NCBI GenBank assembly: GCA_020725385.1
Contig: DYFC01000023.1
Span: 1-17,788, forward strand
Source of the DNA: Nitrospira japonica
Lineage (GTDB): Bacteria; Nitrospirota; Thermodesulfovibrionia; Thermodesulfovibrionales; SM23-35
DNA: 17,788 nucleotides
Reading direction: 5' to 3'
Below the pieces are notes generated by a model. It had not been told where the DNA came from. It ran no database searches and saw nothing but the letters and a program-made list of their open reading frames with translations. Every line of letters begins with the position of its first letter. The stretch's first letter is position 1. Made by a program: the position numbers and the translations under genes. Below, piece after piece: positions 15,620-17,788 of the stretch.

Positions 15620-15900
15620 ACGTAAAGTGGTTAACGGAGGCGAAGCAAGACCTTGTTGAGATCCGCACATATATTGCAAGCGAGCACCCTGACACTGCTC
15701 GGAGCGTCGCACAACGCATACTCGATACTATCGCTTATTTGCGTGATCATCCAGAAATCGGCAGAATAGGACGAATTACAGGCACGAGGGAGCTAGTAAT
15801 ACCCGGACTTCCCTACATTGTCCCCTATAGAGTGAAAGGAAGCGTGATCGAAATTTTAGGCGTACTGCATGGGGCTAGAGAATGGCCGAAGGAGCTTTGA
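15616..15900 (+). CDS. RelE/ParE-family toxin
   Basis: 'VKWLTEAKQDLVEIRTYIA', 'PEIGRIG...GTRELVI...PYIVPYRV...ILGVLHGAREWP'. ATGA overlap with the antitoxin. Confidence 0.92.
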   Translation: MNVKWLTEAKQDLVEIRTYIASEHPDTARSVAQRILDTIAYLRDHPEIGRIGRITGTRELVIPGLPYIVPYRVKGSVIEILGVLHGAREWPKEL

Positions 15901-15928
15901 CGGATGCTCTACTTTTGAGAAATTTTTC

Positions 15929-15957
15929 TTGACATCTAAAATTTATATTTTTAGAAT
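15929..15957 (+). promoter_or_regulatory. Near-consensus sigma70 promoter in the long intergenic region
   Basis: TTGACA-17 nt-TAGAAT, about 450 nt upstream of the next CDS. Confidence 0.5.
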
Positions 15958-16222
15958 AAGACGATTTTTAAAAAAGTGTTCTTAAAAAGATATTTTTAAT
16001 TTTCGGGGGATGGATTAGAGAAAGATGCCGGGGGATAATTTATTTATATCTTTAGTTAATCCATGTCAAGAATTTCCTACACTAAAATCTTCAAGATTTG
16101 CTATTCCTGAGAATATTGGTACGGGTAATGTTGAAAGTTTCATGAAAAAATAATGAAAGATATGAAACCACAGAAACTCCATATATTTTATTTACTTAAT
16201 CAACAAAGGTTTTGTTTTTGCT

Positions 16223-16359
16223 TGTCATTGTCCGACTTTTCTTCCAGTTGTTTTTGTGGCAGGATCGGACAATCCAAGAAAAATGACTGGATTCCGTCCT
16301 CTGACTTGCCTGTCTGCCATTTTTTTGGCGGGATCAGAGGATTAAATTCGGTAATTACA
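16223..16359. repeat. Nested REP-like palindromic element
   Basis: Stems ATTGTCCGA/TCGGACAAT (16227-16235/16265-16273), AATCCA/TGGATT, TCCTCTGA/TCAGAGGA (16297-16304/16334-16341), CTGCCA/TGGCGG, with outer TGTCATT...AATTACA. Confidence 0.6.
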
Positions 16360-16411
16360 GAAGAAAGAGCATATTTTGACAATAGGTTTTTATAAAAAAG
16401 AGAGGTTTATT

Positions 16412-17788
16412 ATGAAAACTACAAGATTGTTAATTTTACTATTATCTCTATTTTTAATAACTTCAGTTTCATGGGCTAAAGAAATTCTACCTATTGGGTC
16501 TGATTTAAATCAAAAAGAAAAAATAAAGATACAAGAAACATACGGAAAATTACCGCTTTACTTTATTGAAAATAAAGGTCAAGTGGATGAAAAAGTAAAA
16601 TTCTACGAAAAGGGTTCTGGTCAAAGCGTTTACTTAACAAATGATGAAGTATATATAGTATTAAGGAAAAAAGAAAAGACAGAAAAAGACGACTTAACGG
16701 TTGATTCAATTAAGCAGCATAGAAAGAATAAATTCAGTCCAATAGCCAAATCAAAAAACGAGAGTTTAAAAACAAAAGCAGATGTTGTAAAGCTCAAACC
16801 TTTAAATGCAAATAGAGCTCCAGAGGTAATTGCAGAGGAAAAGCTTTCAGGGAAAGTTAATTATTTCATAGGCAATGACCCAAGTAAATGGAAGACAGAT
16901 ATTCCAATATACAAAAAAGTAAGATATAAAGAAATATATCCCGGAATAGATATAGTTTTTTATGGGAATCAGAGACAACTTGAATACGACATTGTTGTAA
17001 AACAAGGTGGTGATCCATCAATTGTAGCTTTCGAATATGAAGGAGTAAAAGAACTTGAAGTAAATACTGATGGGGATCTTATTGCAAGGCTTGCATCAGG
17101 CGATGAAATAGTTCAGCGTAAGCCTAAAATTTATCAGGAAATAGATGGTAAAAAGATTAATGTAGCAGGTGGATATAATATTAAAAGAGATGGGAATAAA
17201 TACATTTTCAGCTTTATTCTCAATGATTATAACAAATTATATGCTCTTGTTATAGACCCTGTGATTGTCTATTCAACATATCTTGGTGGGAATGATTTCG
17301 CCATTGGCATAGCAGTAGATTCATATGGAAATGCATATGTAACAGGTTGCACCAGCTCAGATGATTTTCCAACAAAGAATGCATATCAGGGAAATTTTAA
17401 AGGTTATTATGATGTTTTTATTACAAAACTTTCTTCTAATGGAAATAGTCTTGTGTATTCAACATATCTTGGCGGAAGTGATAGTGATTGGGTCTATGGC
17501 ATAGCAGTAGATTCATATGGAAACGCATATGTGACAGGTTACACCGAATCAAATAATTTTCCAACAAAGAATGCATATCAGGGAAATTTAAGAGGTGGTG
17601 GGGATGTTTTTATTACAAAACTTTCTTCTAATGGAAATAGTCTTGTGTATTCAACATATCTTGGCGGAAATTATATTGATTATGGCCATGACATAGCAAT
17701 AGATTCATATGGAAACGCATATGTAACAGGACACACTGAATCATATGATTTTCCAACAAAGAATGCATATCAGGGAAATTTAAGAGGT
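16412..17788 (+). CDS. Secreted SBBP (beta-propeller) repeat-containing surface protein, 3' partial; absent from the ORF track
   Basis: SD GAGG and ATG 16412; open to the window end (459 codons). Signal peptide MKTTRLLILLLSLFLITSVSWA, then 'LPLYFIENKGQ', 'VNYFIGNDPSKW', 'IYPGIDIVFYG..RQLEYD', 'LVIDP' and repeats 'YSTYLGG...GIAVDSYGNAYVTG.T.S..FPT...DVFITKL'. Confidence 0.92.
   Translation, partial: MKTTRLLILLLSLFLITSVSWAKEILPIGSDLNQKEKIKIQETYGKLPLYFIENKGQVDEKVKFYEKGSGQSVYLTNDEVYIVLRKKEKTEKDDLTVDSIKQHRKNKFSPIAKSKNESLKTKADVVKLKPLNANRAPEVIAEEKLSGKVNYFIGNDPSKWKTDIPIYKKVRYKEIYPGIDIVFYGNQRQLEYDIVVKQGGDPSIVAFEYEGVKELEVNTDGDLIARLASGDEIVQRKPKIYQEIDGKKINVAGGYNIKRDGNKYIFSFILNDYNKLYALVIDPVIVYSTYLGGNDFAIGIAVDSYGNAYVTGCTSSDDFPTKNAYQGNFKGYYDVFITKLSSNGNSLVYSTYLGGSDSDWVYGIAVDSYGNAYVTGYTESNNFPTKNAYQGNLRGGGDVFITKLSSNGNSLVYSTYLGGNYIDYGHDIAIDSYGNAYVTGHTESYDFPTKNAYQGNLRG
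17270..17788 (+). repeat. Intragenic tandem repeat of 186-192 nt (62-64 aa SBBP units), at least 2.7 copies
   Basis: Units start at 17270, 17456 and 17648. The 67 nt at 17411-17477 and 17603-17669 are identical. Confidence 0.95.

Noticed and set aside
15900-15930. Possible attC after the ParE toxin gene
   Set aside because: No RYYYAAC...GTTRRRY pair or L-box stem follows the stop codon.
16153-16395. Short ORFs 16153..16395 (+) and 16200..16382 (-)
   Set aside because: They run through the nested palindromic repeat and have no recognisable features; probably spurious.
17270-17788. Constant/variable alternation resembling a CRISPR array
   Set aside because: It lies in an open frame encoding SBBP repeats; the period is 186-192 nt and the variable parts are short homologous codon patches, not spacers.

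Overview
AT-rich bacterial chromosomal window. The gene content suggests an anaerobic Nitrospirota/Desulfobacterota-like organism (inference only). The left end (1-1850) is accessory: the 3' end of a probable IS1380-family transposase, then a minus-strand integron cassette array with two attC sites and no integrase. The array holds a hicBA toxin-antitoxin cassette and a two-gene cassette of unknown function (145-aa helical protein with a C-terminal beta pseudo-repeat, plus an 81-aa double zinc-ribbon protein). Next is a sensor kinase / sigma54 response regulator pair, followed by a complete sigma54 promoter (tandem enhancer-like boxes, IHF site, -24/-12) in front of a secreted Lys/Glu/Ala/Pro-rich protein. 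The middle holds a TPR-cNMP-binding protein, dapL, folK, a GAF-GGDEF diguanylate cyclase, hisH, tRNA-Glu and tRNA-Lys. After these come a 13-heme cytochrome c with an EF-hand loop plus a His-tailed cytochrome b, a TPR protein, a SAM methyltransferase and an RHH-ParE toxin-antitoxin pair. The window ends in a secreted SBBP beta-propeller repeat protein that is missing from the ORF track and runs off the right edge. There are also two copies of a MITE-like palindromic repeat and a nested REP-like palindrome. All family calls come from motif recognition, not database searches.
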